Below, piece by piece: positions 45,227 to 57,959 of a stretch of 64,000 bases of DNA (within the stretch, counting starts at the first letter, position 1; each line of letters opens with the position of its first letter). The notes under the pieces are model-generated. The model made no database searches. It worked only from the letters and a program-made list of their open reading frames with translations, and was not told where the DNA came from. Origin of the DNA: Selaginella moellendorffii (Eukaryota > Plantae > Lycopodiophyta); contig NW_003314306.1 of assembly GCF_000143415.4 (NCBI RefSeq), positions 1,245,129-1,309,128 on the forward strand, written 5' to 3'. Made by a program: the position numbers and the translations under genes.

Positions 45227-47219
45227 CTATTTGGCAGCACTGTTTGGTACGTGTTCGGGGACCGAATCAAGAATCCCCGTTAGCTCTTGCTCGAACGAAA
45301 GCTTTGCTCTGTTGCTCTTGCCTCCGACTATAATTGAGCTTCCCTTTTGGAGGGCCCAAATCTGAAAAAGAAAAAGAAAAGAAAACGTGCAATCCGATAT
45401 GCAAAAGGGAGCTTGAATCAAACCTGAGAATGAGAGAGATAACTTATGCACGTTGTAAACATGAGTGCACCAAAACCGGCATAGACAACGGGCACGGCTG
45501 GATCCATCTGTAAGAATTTGAAAAGAAAAACGTAGAACAGGATCAGTTGCTGTAGTTACAATGGTTCTTACCTTCACTTCAAGGCCTGTGCTGCCAATCA
45601 TATCGTCCACAACAAGGTTTACACCGTCCACTTCAATCGGCTTCTGCGATCCAACTCGCCTCACACCCACAAACTCTCCTTTCTTGTCATACACCACCAC
45701 AGATTCTAAATCCCGTGCTAGAATAGATCTGCAGAACATACAGCATCATCACGAGATAAACGCTAAAGGCTCGGAGAACTTACATTCCTTTGGAGTTCAA
45801 AACACCTTCGGGAATTAACGTTCCAAAAAGCTTGTTGTCACCTTTTCGCAGCGGAGCCATCGCAAGGTTGAAAGGCTCGGAATCGTCGATTCTCACTAAT
45901 ACTGTCGATATTCCCCAATCAGTCTGGTAAATGGTGGCACCGGCGATTCTTAACGGATTGTTTACACTGATTGTTTTCCTCAGAAGCTCGCCCTCCTTTG
46001 CGTCTGTGATAGATAAATCGGAAAAGAATTGTTTCACCTGAAACAACCAGAACTCATGCTTTGTTTCCACTGAAGATTTGACGTAGCTTACCTGACCATT
46101 GGGATACTGCTCGATGTAAAACTTATTGACGTGTATGTTAAGGTCCATGGTCGGAGATGGTGTGGCCAAGATGCCATTCGGATTTAAACCATCGCCCAGC
46201 CTCAAGTCGAGACCCTCTGGAATTGTCACGCTTCCATGATAACCTCCTAAAGCACTAACGAGGCCACCTCCCATTATAAGTAGCAACGCGGCATGGACAC
46301 CAATCGGAGCAAGCCTTCCTGCAAGGCCCTTGAAAGCGTACAAACACGAGCCTTCGGAGAAAACCTGTACAGGAGTTCTTTTACGTGATGAAGCCATATG
46401 ATTGAACTTTGAGCGCTGACCTCATAGCCATTTCCGGATAGCAAGACACCAAGTTCCCCGAGACTCGCGTCAGGAAGAGTCTCTGCCGCATCCATTTTCA
46501 AAATGCCCGCGGGGTTCTTCATAAATGACCACCTGCATGCAAGATGTTTTGATCAGGAGAAGAGAAAAGAAAGAAAAAGAGGTGGAAGAACAAATACCTT
46601 CGAGCAACTTTCACCAGTGGGACTTGTCTCGTCGACGTACACGCAACGAGCGAAGCGGCCAGCAATGCGAGCAAGCCCAGAAAATATGGAGCCGTGTAGA
46701 TATGATCAAAGTTGAGCGCAAGTATAACCTTCCAAGAAAAAATCCCCAAGAAAGGATGATCCTCTGGATAAGCCTTGAAGTAGAAATCCGGAACTCCGCC
46801 TTGATCGATCACAGTACCTGGGATAAAGCAGTAGATAGAACTTGAATCTTTACAAGCGAGAAAAAAATTCGCGTACCTATGGACGAGAGTGCTGCGATGA
46901 GGACGAGCTCGGCAATCGCCAGTTTGAAAGACGAGAGTGAAACTAAGACCTTCTTGAGTAGTTTCTGCCACAAAGACGATGATTCCACGGCCATTTTCTT
47001 CGAATTCTGGGAGATTTCCGACGTGAGAGGAGGTGCCGATGAGATTGAGGGCCGGGAATTCGTGCTCTTGTTGCCGCGAGCTCCCCCATTGAGAGCAAAC
47101 CTGACGATGCGAAGCCGATTAGCGACGACTCTCCTCTGGACGATCTGGGCAGAGCTGCTGAGGCTGTGAATCACGCAAGAACAATGCACGCTCGAGCCGA
47201 TCACCAATGCGGCCTCCAT
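45227..47219 (-). CDS. CCS1: Cytochrome c biogenesis protein CCS1 (ResB family), plastid
   Basis: LAIAEL..IAALSSIGTVIDQ, FDHIYTAPYF, ACT.TRQ.P, AFKGLAGRLAPIGVH, ISVNNPLR, YQTDW, GSTGLE.K.DP.VP.VY. Confidence 0.95.
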
Positions 47220-47426
47220 ATTTCCCTCCTTGCGAGATAAGAGCCCTAGAAGCATTGGCATGGCGACATGTGGCAACATCCAGGCCCTCGATCAGCCGCT
47301 ATTATTATAACCACCGCCAAATCAGTAAACCTTATTGCTATAAGGATATTCTTTGTGAGTGTTCTTTAGGAAGAACCCTAAAGAGGCGAGAAGGGCGTCG
47401 CAGGCGATCGTCCATTCGAATTCAGG

Positions 47427-48984
47427 ATGAGCAATGCAGATCAACCAGATCCTGCTGTGAAAGGTTCTCCGGTGCTTCTCAATCTCTTCTTTCTTGATCG
47501 GTTTGATTGATTAGCTCCGTCGGCGCGCGTTGCGGAGCATCTTGCATCGCTCCCCGAGGATGTGAAGCAGCGCGTCAATTCGCTTCAAGAGATCCAGGTG
47601 AGAGAAGCCTTGCTTTCTTTCGCCCAATGATTTTTTCCTCTCGGACCAGAAAGAGCATGACGAGATCGAGGCGAAATTCAAGAAAGAGAGGGAAGAGCTC
47701 ATCACGAAATATCAAAATCTCTATGCTCCGCTATACGAGAAGGTAAAACGAGACGTCTCTTCTTTTTCTTACTTTGAATGCTCGCAGCGAGCGAGCATTG
47801 TGAATGCTTCTTCAGCAGAGGAAACAAAACCGGACGAAGGTTGGTTTCCTTTACATTTCCCCCTTTTTCTTTGTAGAATTCATTGACCAGTTAGAGTATG
47901 TAGCTGCGAGCAATGGCGTGCCGGAGTTTTGGCTTGGAGCTTTGAAGGCAAACGAGATTGTGGCAGTCCAGGTTTTGTGTTGTATGCTTCATCATCTTTC
48001 TGTAGAATCTAACGGCACATTTTCGTTTCTCCTTTTCTAGATCACTGAAAGAGATCAGGGAGCATTGAAGTATCTGAAGGATATCAAGTCGTACTACGTG
48101 AGCAGTCCGAAAGGCTTCAAGCTGGAGTTCTACTTCGACGAGAATCCTTACTTCACGAACAGTGTCGTAAGTGTGTTCTTTTATGTCCACGTTCTGTACT
48201 GAACTCGACTGTTTCACAGCTGACTAAAGAATACCACATGGAAGAGGACGACGACGAGCCGATTCTGGAGCGTGCAGTCGGGTACGTGGTTTCATTTCTT
48301 TACTATCTTACAATATATTTATTTTTCAGAACCAAAATCGACTGGAAACCCGGGAAGGACCTGACTGTCAAGCTGATGAAGAAGAAGCCTAAGAAAGGCG
48401 CCAAGGACACCACCCCTCAGACAAAGTTGCAGGCATGCGAGACGTTTTTTAACTTTTTCAACCCCCCTGAAATCCCAGAAAACGAGGAGGAGATTGATCC
48501 TGAAGAGGTACGATCTTTTATCATCTCTTCTAAAACGTGTGCATAACTTCTTTCTTTAGGCCGAGGAGCTTCAAGATCTCATGGAACAAGACTACGACGT
48601 GGGGTAAGAACTATAGTCGGGATCAAAGTTTCGCAACCATGCTAACAACAACCTTAATTTGCAGTGCCACAATTCGCGACAAGATTGTTCCTCATGCCGT
48701 CTCGTGGTTCACCGGCGAAGCAGTGGAATCTGACGATGAGGCGGGAGACGACGAGGATGACGAGGATGAGGAAGACGAAGACGAGGACGACGAGGTGACT
48801 GACGATGAGGAGGAATTTGATGCCAAGGTACGTCGCTTGGGTTTTTCCTTCCCTTACTCATTACTTTAATTCGTTTCCTATCAGGAGGAAGCAAAGCAAA
48901 CCGTGCCAAAGGTGAGCAGTAATCCTTTTTAATCCTGTCCTTGCTTCTGAACAGTTCCTTGTTTCTGGTCTTTGGCAGGAGTAG
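47427..48984 (+). CDS. NAP1: Nucleosome assembly protein 1
   Basis: [85 protein letters not shown], acidic tail. Confidence 0.95.
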
Positions 48985-49761
48985 GCTACCTAGACTAGCT
49001 AGGAATTTTTTGAGTCTGTGAGAGGATTTTGGTCGGGTATACTATTTTCTGTTCGTCAGCAAAGCAAGTATTTTTGTTTTTGTTTTCGTTTTGGTTTTTC
49101 TCTCTCGGCTTTTTCGCTTTTGTTATTTCTTTTCCAGAGAACACGCTGACCTGTCGGGACGAAATGCCACGTCTCGTCGCTGACTTTGCTTTGATCCTGT
49201 CTGGATAGGTTCTAGCGTGACAGCAGCAGCACACACAGCACAGAGCTCCTCGCGAAATATAAGAAGTTTTCCAGCGAGCACAAGGCGAGAGGTATGAATC
49301 CATACGGTTCTTTGCTGCGCGCTGACTTGGAACAAACCTATTCTCTTTAAATGCGAGGGGCAGCACACAGACAGCGTTTTGTTCGCTCGATCGACCACCC
49401 ATCGGTTCTGTGAGTTTCTCTCAATCATGTGGATGTATTTTGACCCTCTGGAGTTGCACGTGGTTGCAGGCCGTAATTCAACACGAGATTACCGTCGACT
49501 GCACTCAAATCCTTGACATCAGCCAGCTTTGCAATGCGTGAGAGACGAGAACGATTAGTCAAAATCATCAAATGCTTCTCGGTGAGCGCTTTTCTTAAGC
49601 TTATATGTTCTTCGTTGTTTAATCGCTCGCGATGCTTTCTTTTGGTTTTTCTAGTCCGGAGAGGCCGAGAGAACAGCAGACAGTGGCCCGCAAAAGCCGG
49701 GCTGTGAAACTCCTTGGCACAAGCAAGATCCAGCGTTTGAGTGTTGGTGTTCTTGGAAGTT

Positions 49762-49968
49762 TTAGTGCTCTGGGATCTTTGAATTTTTCCAAGGTTTTGC
49801 TAGCTATAAGTTTCTCATACTATGTGCTCTAAGATCCTTGAATTGATCAAACTTAGTGCTCTGGGATCTTTGAATTTTTCCAAGGTTTTGCTAGCTATAA
49901 GTTCATGCTCTAAGATCCTTGAATTGATGTGAAGGATCTTAGAGCAAAACCATGGATCCATGGTTTTT
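49762..49968. repeat. Tandem duplication (~90 bp) followed by a hairpin and a palindrome
   Basis: TTAGTGCTCTGGGATCTTTGAATTTTTCCAAGG.. occurs twice. TGCTCTAAGATCCTT/AAGGATCTTAGAGCA stem, then AAAACCATGGATCCATGGTTTT palindrome. Confidence 0.8.
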
Positions 49969-50626
49969 CTACCTATGGTTTCTCATACTACAGATATCAT
50001 TGTAACTTTTATGCTATGGCCAGAAAACCATTATGACATCGAAATGGGCCAGTTTTTCCCAATGTGGACGATCCCACGTCCAACCCGAGAATGCAATGCC
50101 ACGTCACGGCCTAGACGGGCTGTGACGTGCTGACGGCCCGTCAGAGGAATGTGGGGGCAGAAGCGCGTTAAACTTGTCCCCCCCTCTCAGCGTGGAAGCT
50201 TCTTCTTCTTCTTTAGGGCCAGGGCATTCCTTGGCGCTCACTCTTTCTCGCAAGAGAGCTACATTCTTCTCTCGCAAGGCGCTAGGGTTTATCGCCTCCT
50301 CTGCTCGATCGGTCCATCCCTCCGTCGATCGGGCCTGCCAGAGCTCGCGATCGTCATTATTTCGGATGCGCTCGGCTTGGCTCCTCGCGATCGGGGAATC
50401 GATTGTGTCGGAGTTTCTTATTCCTCTCTAGTATTTGTGATCTTTCTTGGCGCCGCGCGGAATGAGGAAGAATTTGCTTCCAAGCCAAGCAACAAGAGCT
50501 TGAATGCGGCACAATCTCTCATAATATCGCCGAACTCGGAGCTAGCGAGAGTTCTTCCAGGGAATCGGGGCCGCAGCGCCAGATTTTCTAGTGTAATCGC
50601 GAGCGCATCGATCGATAGTACTAGGT

Positions 50627-51934
50627 ATGACTCCATTCGCGGCGGGCAACAGCAGCTCTCGCGTGCCGCCGGGCTTTCGATTCCATCCCACCGACGAGGA
50701 GCTGGTCGGCTACTACTTGCAGAAGAAGGTGGCCTCCAAGAAGATCGACTTGGACGTCATCCACGAGATCGATCTCTACAAACTCGAGCCCTGGGACTTG
50801 CACGGTAGTCTAGTCTCCTCCATTTCGACATGATTACACACCACTGACACCTCTTTCATTGTTCTTCGATTTTGGCAGAGAAGTGTAAGATCGGATCAGC
50901 TGAACAAACCGAATGGTACTTTTTCAGTCACAAGGACAAGAAGTATCCCACGGGAACTCGCACCAACAGAGCCACCGCCGCGGGTTTTTGGAAGGCCACT
51001 GGGCGGGACAAAGCAATCCACGCCAAGTATAAGCTCATTGGGATGAGGAAGACGCTCGTTTTCTACAGAGGGAGAGCTCCAAACGGGCAGAAGACCGACT
51101 GGATCATGCACGAGTACAGGCTCGAGGAGGACATCAGCAGCAGTGGCAGCAACAACAATGTAAGATCCTCTCGTACTTGGCAGCTTTTTTCTTCTATAAC
51201 CCTCTTATTTTTTTGGTTTTGGCTCTGAAATGCAGGATGATGGCTGGGTGGTTTGCCGGGTTTTCAAGAAGCGCAACAACAGCATCAAGGTGCTTGATCG
51301 GGATATAAGCTGCGGCTACGACATCGACCAGATCGCTCTGCTGCCGGAGCTGGAGCTACCCAACAAATTCGTGACAGACTTCGCCTATAACAACAGCCAC
51401 CTGATGCTGAATTGCAAGCAAGAGTTTGAGACCGACTTCGCGGCGGCGCTGCCGCACGACCCTTTCTCCCAGACTCTTCCGCAGCTGGAGAGCCCGCGAA
51501 TGAGCAGCTTGGCGCCTTTCAAAGGACTCCCGGCGAGCTTCTCACTCCCAGCGGCGGCGCAGTTTGAGAGCTCCTTCGATCACTACCGGCTCTTTCAATC
51601 TCTTCAGCACCATCAGCCGCAGCAGCAGCGGCAGAACGAAAGCCAGCCACAACAACAACCAGTCACGGACTGGAGAATGGTGGACAAGTTCGCGGCGGCG
51701 CAGCTGAGCCACGAGCGAGACGATCAGCACAGCAGCAGCGGCGGCGGCGGCGGCGGTGGCAACCCATCAAAGGAGAGGTTTTTGGAAGCGATCACGCCCC
51801 CGCCGGGGCAGGAGGAGAGCAGCGATCACTCGGAGGACGTTGCGTTGCTTCTTCGGTTGAGCAAGCAGCATGATTACACCAACAACAAGTCAGCCAACGA
51901 CGGGGACCTCTTGTGGAGCTTCCATGGGAGGTGA
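50627..51934 (+). CDS. NAC transcription factor, VNS (VND/NST/SMB) clade
   Basis: Three exons. [54 protein letters not shown]-terminal LP-box (LPQLESP) and WQ-box ([15 protein letters not shown]). Confidence 0.95.
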
Positions 51935-52882
51935 AATCTATGAGTGACTTTGAATGCACTCGTTTACAGTACACACACAAAGGCGGGGGCAAATCACATC
52001 ACCAAGGAGGAGCCAAAGAGAAAGAAATAATCCATCCGAGGACCCGGGGGCTGGATTGAGTTGGGCGTCACGTCTCGCCCAGCTAAAACTCTGGTGGGAT
52101 CGGATCATCCATTCTTCTTCTAGGTACTCTATATTTTTTTTTTCCATTTACTTCTAAGGATCAGGGAGCTTGCTGCTGCTACAATTTAACACTGGTGGGA
52201 GTGTGGCCATCGTCCTCAAGAACAGGTACACAGTCACCACCAGGGAAACTATATGGACGAAATAGTTATTTCGTTTGCTACTGATTTGTTCCAGTGCTCT
52301 ATATAGTACTGATTCATTGGCTTTGGGTTGGCTCCACAAAAGTGGAGGTTGGAGCTCTATAGTAAAAACTCTCAAGATGGCCAGTTTCATCATATATATA
52401 AGAGAGGTGAAATGTATACAAGCTTCTATTGAATGATTTCTTCCATGCTGCTGGTGCTGCTTGGGTCTGCAGCATGGAAGAAATCAAGCTTGATATTATA
52501 AATATTAGGCTTGATCTTATAAACAAGGAGATTTTCCTATGGATAAACTATAGTGTAGCACTTGATATGTGATTTACAGGTTGGTGTGTTTGGAGATCTC
52601 CACAGGCAAAAGAGGAAAAGCGCTTGCAATCGTCATGCTCCGAAAGTCCAACATTTGGAAGGGTGGTCACTGGTCCATCACTGACTATAATACTACTTTA
52701 GAAGAATAGTGAAAAGAGAAAAGAGTAAAATGTGCGAGGCTGTTGCCAGTGAAGTCCTTGTTCCGAGGGTTTTACAAAGAAAAACTAAGTGAAGGATTTT
52801 TCAAATCCCAGAATAAAGAAAATATTCCCCAAAGTACCAAGAAGTCCGACGTTCAAGTCCTGTCCCCCGCGCTTTTAATTCT

Positions 52883-53404
52883 ATGGCTTCTGTGCTGCTG
52901 TCGGTGGTGGCACTGCTTCCCTCGCAACGAAGAACACGCCACCCATGCCGCAATTCCACCAAAATCCCCGTAAGTCGGATAGAAATCGCCAGGAGCGGCA
53001 GCAGCAAGGGAATTGGATCGATTCTCCCGGCAGCGGTGGCAGCGACGACTACATTCTTGTGGGCGAATCTGGATGTGGCGGCGGCGGCGGCGAGCCCCGA
53101 CTTGGTGGATCCGGGCGTGGCCAGATTGGCGATCAATGTCTTGGGACCGGCCATGGCGTCGTTTAACGTGCTCTTCATTGCCCGGATCGTCATGTCGTGG
53201 TACCCAAGGATCCCGGTGGACAAGCTGCCGTATGTGATCGCCTTCGCGCCCACCGAGCCCGTGCTGGCGCCCACGAGGAAGATCATACAGCCCATTGGCG
53301 GCGTGGATATGGCGCCCGTGGCCTGGTTTGCGCTCCTCAGCTTGCTCAATGAGGTCCTCCTTGGCCAACAAGGCCTCCTCGTCGTCCTCGCGGAGCAAAG
53401 ATAG
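52883..53404 (+). CDS. CCB3: Cofactor assembly of complex C subunit B, CCB3 (YGGT family)
   Basis: RIVMSWYP..P..K.PYV.A.APTEP.L.PTRK.I.P.GGVD..PV.W..L.S.L.E.LLGQQGLL. Confidence 0.92.
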   Translation: MASVLLSVVALLPSQRRTRHPCRNSTKIPVSRIEIARSGSSKGIGSILPAAVAATTTFLWANLDVAAAAASPDLVDPGVARLAINVLGPAMASFNVLFIARIVMSWYPRIPVDKLPYVIAFAPTEPVLAPTRKIIQPIGGVDMAPVAWFALLSLLNEVLLGQQGLLVVLAEQR

Positions 53405-53753
53405 ATAGATGGTGTTTAGAATATTCTAAAGGTTCCATGTAATGCCCATTCGCGGCATCTGGGGGAAGAGAGAAAAACTCGTTTCTCGCGTACCTTTCAG
53501 GAAGAACTGCCAAAGAAATCACTACTTGTGAGCTATTTCTCATGCATGTGTTTAAAGGAAGAGTAATAACATTTATTTTTCATCAAATATTCACATAACC
53601 AGAATTAGAAAAATATTCCCAGTTGAGAATATTCTAGAGATTCTTTTCATGCATTTAAGAAGTTTAGATCCACATATTTAAAGAAAAAAAAATTCGAAGA
53701 ATTCGAAGAATATCAGACACGAGTATAGATAGGAGGTTAACGTAACTGTATAT

Positions 53754-54891
53754 TTAATTGAAAGCTCTACACCTTCTCCTAACCTCTCCCTGGTTTCCAG
53801 TCTTGGTATGTACAACGCTGAGCTTGAGAAACGAGTCCGCCCACGACCCAAAAAACTCTCGGCTGTCGCCCGACAACGAGTTCACCGCCTGCCTGCTTCT
53901 CCGGTCCGTGAAGAGAACTTGGTCGGATCCAAACAGCCCTTTCCCGTTCTGGAGATTCCTGTAGTACGCGTTGTCGAAGGCGTTTGGGGTGGTGGGATCG
54001 ATCGCTACCGCGACTCTGGGATTCGGCCTCTCAGGACACGCCTGGAGCAGCTGCCTTGCGAATCCGGGGTCGAGTGTCGAGTCCACTTTGACGCTGCCAT
54101 TGCTGCTGAAGTGGAAGCGCTCGTTGAATGCAAAACAGTGTGCCAGGCCGACGGTGTGCGCTCCTGGAAAATCCATCCACTTGAGAACAAGGCTTCGAGA
54201 ACTTCTTTATACCTGAGAGAACGATGAGGTCCTTTTGAGACAATCCTTTCGAGTTGAAGACTTTGGTGAGCTGGTCCAAGGTAAGTGTAGTGTCCGGTAT
54301 GTTTCCACGCACATTGGAAACCTTAGAAATCAACCCGTCTCTTCGGCCCATAGGTATTTGTACCTGTGGTCCACCCATCTACAATTTGGAAACAGAAAAC
54401 GAAGTGAGATAGAAAACGCAAATTTTACGTTTCGACTTACCATGATTACCGCCTCCCGAGCAGCCAAGGCCACAATATCCGCGCACGAAACAACTCCAGG
54501 GCAGAAGAACTCCAGCGCGGATTTTGCAGAATCGATGGCCGCATAACCATCAGCAGTTTTGTTGGATTCGTCCTCCTTTTCAGCCGTATGATTCGCAGTA
54601 GAGTCGATCAAAATGGAACCATCACATCCCTGACGAACAAAAAACCATGACAATTTGGACTGCTTTGCGAGTTTGTACCTCAATGAAGCAATCGTGGAAC
54701 ATGAGCCGGAGAAGTTTTGGTGGCAGCGTAGAATCAAAGAATGTGGCACTCCTGATTGCGTTTGCGACTACTGCTTCGACCCTGGGACAACTGTTGGCGT
54801 AGAAATCAAATGCCAGCTGACCGCAAACCGATCCAAGCGCTAAGCACACTAAAACCAGCCGCTGCTTCCAATGCCGCACAGAGGTTCCCAT
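53754..54891 (-). CDS. Class III secretory peroxidase
   Basis: Signal peptide, [17 protein letters not shown]|[25 protein letters not shown]|AHTVG, FDNAYY, GEVRRRC. Canonical 3-intron layout. Confidence 0.96.
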
Positions 54892-55733
54892 TCGCGAGAG
54901 AGAGCAGCACTACCACCGACAATGTAGATGAGCTCGTACCTACACGAACCCATCAATGCAATGTCCAAAGCGCAAAACAAAAAGAAAAAAAGAAGACAGT
55001 ACGCACCTTTTTCCGGGGGCTAAGAACTCGTGGAAAAGAGGAAAGGCGAGAGCGGGTACACGAGACAGAACACCCTCGGTGCCTCCTCTCCTCGCTATCC
55101 CTTCCTCGGAATCGCCGCTAGATAGACTGGCACAGCAGAGGTATAAGTTACCATTTCAAAGAGAAAGCAAAGAAAAGAGCCTTTTTCGCTGTTGTTGCTG
55201 TTGCCATGCCAGGCTTTGTCGCGAGACGGGAGCGAGAACGCTCTCCTCTCCTCCTTAACTGACCGATAAAACCAAGAAGTGAAGTAGATCAGTGCGAGCG
55301 AGACGCCGCGAGGACTCCAAAGAAGCATCAAATGCCAAATAACCATAGCTTCGGTTTTCAAAAAACTTTGTTTCAGTGGGCATGCTATGCATATGGTCAG
55401 TAATGAGGGGTGGCAGAGGCCAAAATAAATGCCTGCAACTGCGACAGCTAGGCAAAGGTGGAGAGGAAAAACTGCCGAAGTGAAGTGCATAAGATACTGG
55501 ATGGTTAAGATACAAAAAAGCTCCTGGAAAAGTCAAACACCCATGCAGAGAGCAACACAGACGCAAATGCCACGAAACAAACAAAGAGTGTGGTAGTGGA
55601 AGGAAAAGAAAAAGAATGGAGCTCGAGCAACACGGGGTTCTAGCCTGATTGCCCAACTTACGAGTGCTACACTATTAACAAAACCTGGAAAACAAAACTT
55701 TCGGCGTCGCAGCCGCGTTGTTCGTCAAAAGAA

Positions 55734-56236
55734 TCACATTGGAGGCCTTGAAGAGCCGAGAAGCTGGCCGATAATCGTCGTCACCTGCAAAGCAAAACTC
55801 TGTCGCTACGGAAAAGGAGAGGAAAAAAAAGAGAAGAAAACAAACCTGCCAGTACTTGGCAGTGCACCGATCAATGCAACTATTCTCGCCCATATTCAAT
55901 TCCGACTCCTTGAAGCTACATTCGCAGAAAAGGAAGAGAAGAAATCAGTGAAAATGTACGATGGAGAAGGAAAAAAAAGACTTGCCTGCTTCCAATACAT
56001 TTGTTGAAGCACGAAAGCGTCATTCTACCATTCACAAAAGGCTCAGTGACACAGGAAGAAGGGAATTTCCTCTTTGCTTTCTTACTTGTTGAACAGATCC
56101 ACTCTCGACTCCAGTTCCTGCTGCGCCATATTGAACATCTGCGGCAATACGATCGTCCAGCGATCCAGCGGAAGAATCGATCGCTTACCATCTCCTTCTC
56201 CGCGACGGTGGGATTCACTCCAGCCGCGTTGCTCAT
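55734..56236 (-). CDS. TIM10: Mitochondrial small Tim chaperone TIM10
   Basis: AQQELESRVDLFNK, CFNKC, ESELNMGENSCIDRC.AKYWQV (twin CX3C). Confidence 0.93.
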
Positions 56237-56267
56237 CCTCTCCGCCCTGCCCTAGCTCAACAGGTAT

Positions 56268-56275
56268 AAACCCTA
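56268..56275. promoter_or_regulatory. Telo-box upstream of TIM10
   Basis: AAACCCTA about 30 nt from the start codon. Confidence 0.55.
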
Positions 56276-56879
56276 AAGTTAAATTTTATTTCTAGCGAAT
56301 CTCTACCGAATCTCTCACAACCACATGAAAATTATTCCCCCACCAAAAGCCATGTGGTCTCTGATCGATTTGATCGACAAAAAAGGCCAGTGTCCTTTCT
56401 TGTACAAAGTCAGCTTTAGCGCAAGTAAGTTTTTCTCTTACGTCAAATCTTCGAGCATTCGAGCGAGCAAAATCTTCGACTACTGGACTTTCATTACGAT
56501 CAAGCCAAGTCTCCGCTTACTTTTTGCTTTCGATCGATCTATCAAGGCTGCTGAAAAGGCCCCAAGTTGTTCGTTCTTTACAGAGCTAGTCTAGAACACA
56601 ATCAAAGATCTGCGAAGAACACGCACAGAGAAAAGGGAAGAACAATGCCCCGCAAAGGAATTCTTAGCTGCTAAATGCTCCTGCCCTCGATCTCTGTCTA
56701 TCTGATCACTCACGAACTATAGCGAAAAGAACAAGGAAGAAGAAGAAGAAGAAAAAGAAAAATCCCTGGTACCTGGTCTGATCGGTATAGAGTTTTACAG
56801 ACTGACCTCTCCAGCATCATCGTGTTCTTGCCAGCAGTCGATCTCCACAGCCTGTGTGCCACTGCTCGCTCGTCTCGTC

Positions 56880-57260
56880 TCAAGCAGCTCCACTGAGATT
56901 CATGCACAGCTGCCGGCTCATCTCCTCGAAATTCCAGTCCCGGAACAAATCCCTCCGCACGGCATGGCATCTCGTCAATCTCGGGCTACTGGGCGCTTCC
57001 ACCAAGTTCGCTGCTGCCGCGGCGACGACGATGGTGGAAGAGGAGCCGGGCACTGGAGCAACCTGCTGCTGCGATCTCGTCCGCGATCCAAGCTCCGACT
57101 CCGACATGGAGGACACGGTGGGCTCGATCTGAGCGGCATTGGGGAGCTTCCTCGTCCAGCAGCCCAAGCCCAGGCATCGCCCACCATTGTCGGAGTAGCT
57201 CCGCAGCGTTCGCTCCGGGGAGCTGTCCAGGACATGGCATGCGAGGCACGCTAAGCTCAT
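56880..57260 (-). CDS. Small conserved plant protein of unknown function
   Basis: MSLACLAC..RSYS..CW..SPRL.RCHAVRRD..RDWNF motif pattern of a plant-specific small-protein family. Confidence 0.75.
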   Translation of the reverse strand: MSLACLACHVLDSSPERTLRSYSDNGGRCLGLGCWTRKLPNAAQIEPTVSSMSESELGSRTRSQQQVAPVPGSSSTIVVAAAAANLVEAPSSPRLTRCHAVRRDLFRDWNFEEMSRQLCMNLSGAA

Positions 57261-57959
57261 TGCTTCGCCCCCACCTGCGAGATCGAAAGAAATCCCCTCC
57301 TTTTAGCATCAAAGATCCAGAAATGTACGGTCATCAAGAACACTGCCGCGAGATCGAAATGGAAGTGCCTAGACGATGCATTCCTAGCCGGGATCTCTCT
57401 CGACACACCGAAATTTCGCTAGAAAAGCACTTCCTATGGTAGAATCGAGAGAAATTTCGCTTACCAGTGCTGCCAGGATCTCGATTCCTGCGCCGGAGAG
57501 CTCGAATTCGACCCTGCTGCCTGGAAACTAGCCTAGCGCCACGGGAATCTCGATCTTGCCGCTGTCCGCAGTGGCTGCGTCGCGCGCGCTCTTGGCCGCA
57601 AGAACAAACCCTCGCAAGAAACCAAAGCGATAGGAACAACAATGCAAGCCAAAAAGGAAAGCGGGAATATTCACTCCCGGCTTAAAGATGGTTTAATTTA
57701 AGCGAGTCCTCCGCCAAATGTGGGCATATCCGGTGGAATATCCGGCGCTTTTAAATTCAACCATTGACACCTTGGCGCCAGTAAAGCCTCGCGCGTCAAA
57801 GTCTTTTCGGGATTCTCTCGCGGATCGATTCAATCGATTCGAGTCTTTGGAAGAAGACGTGAGCGATCGAGAAATCTCGCGCAGAGATAACGGTGTTTCA
57901 AAAGGTCGCCCTCGCTCGGTCGCGATGGAGCGATGATGATGATCTTCTCGTCGTCCACA

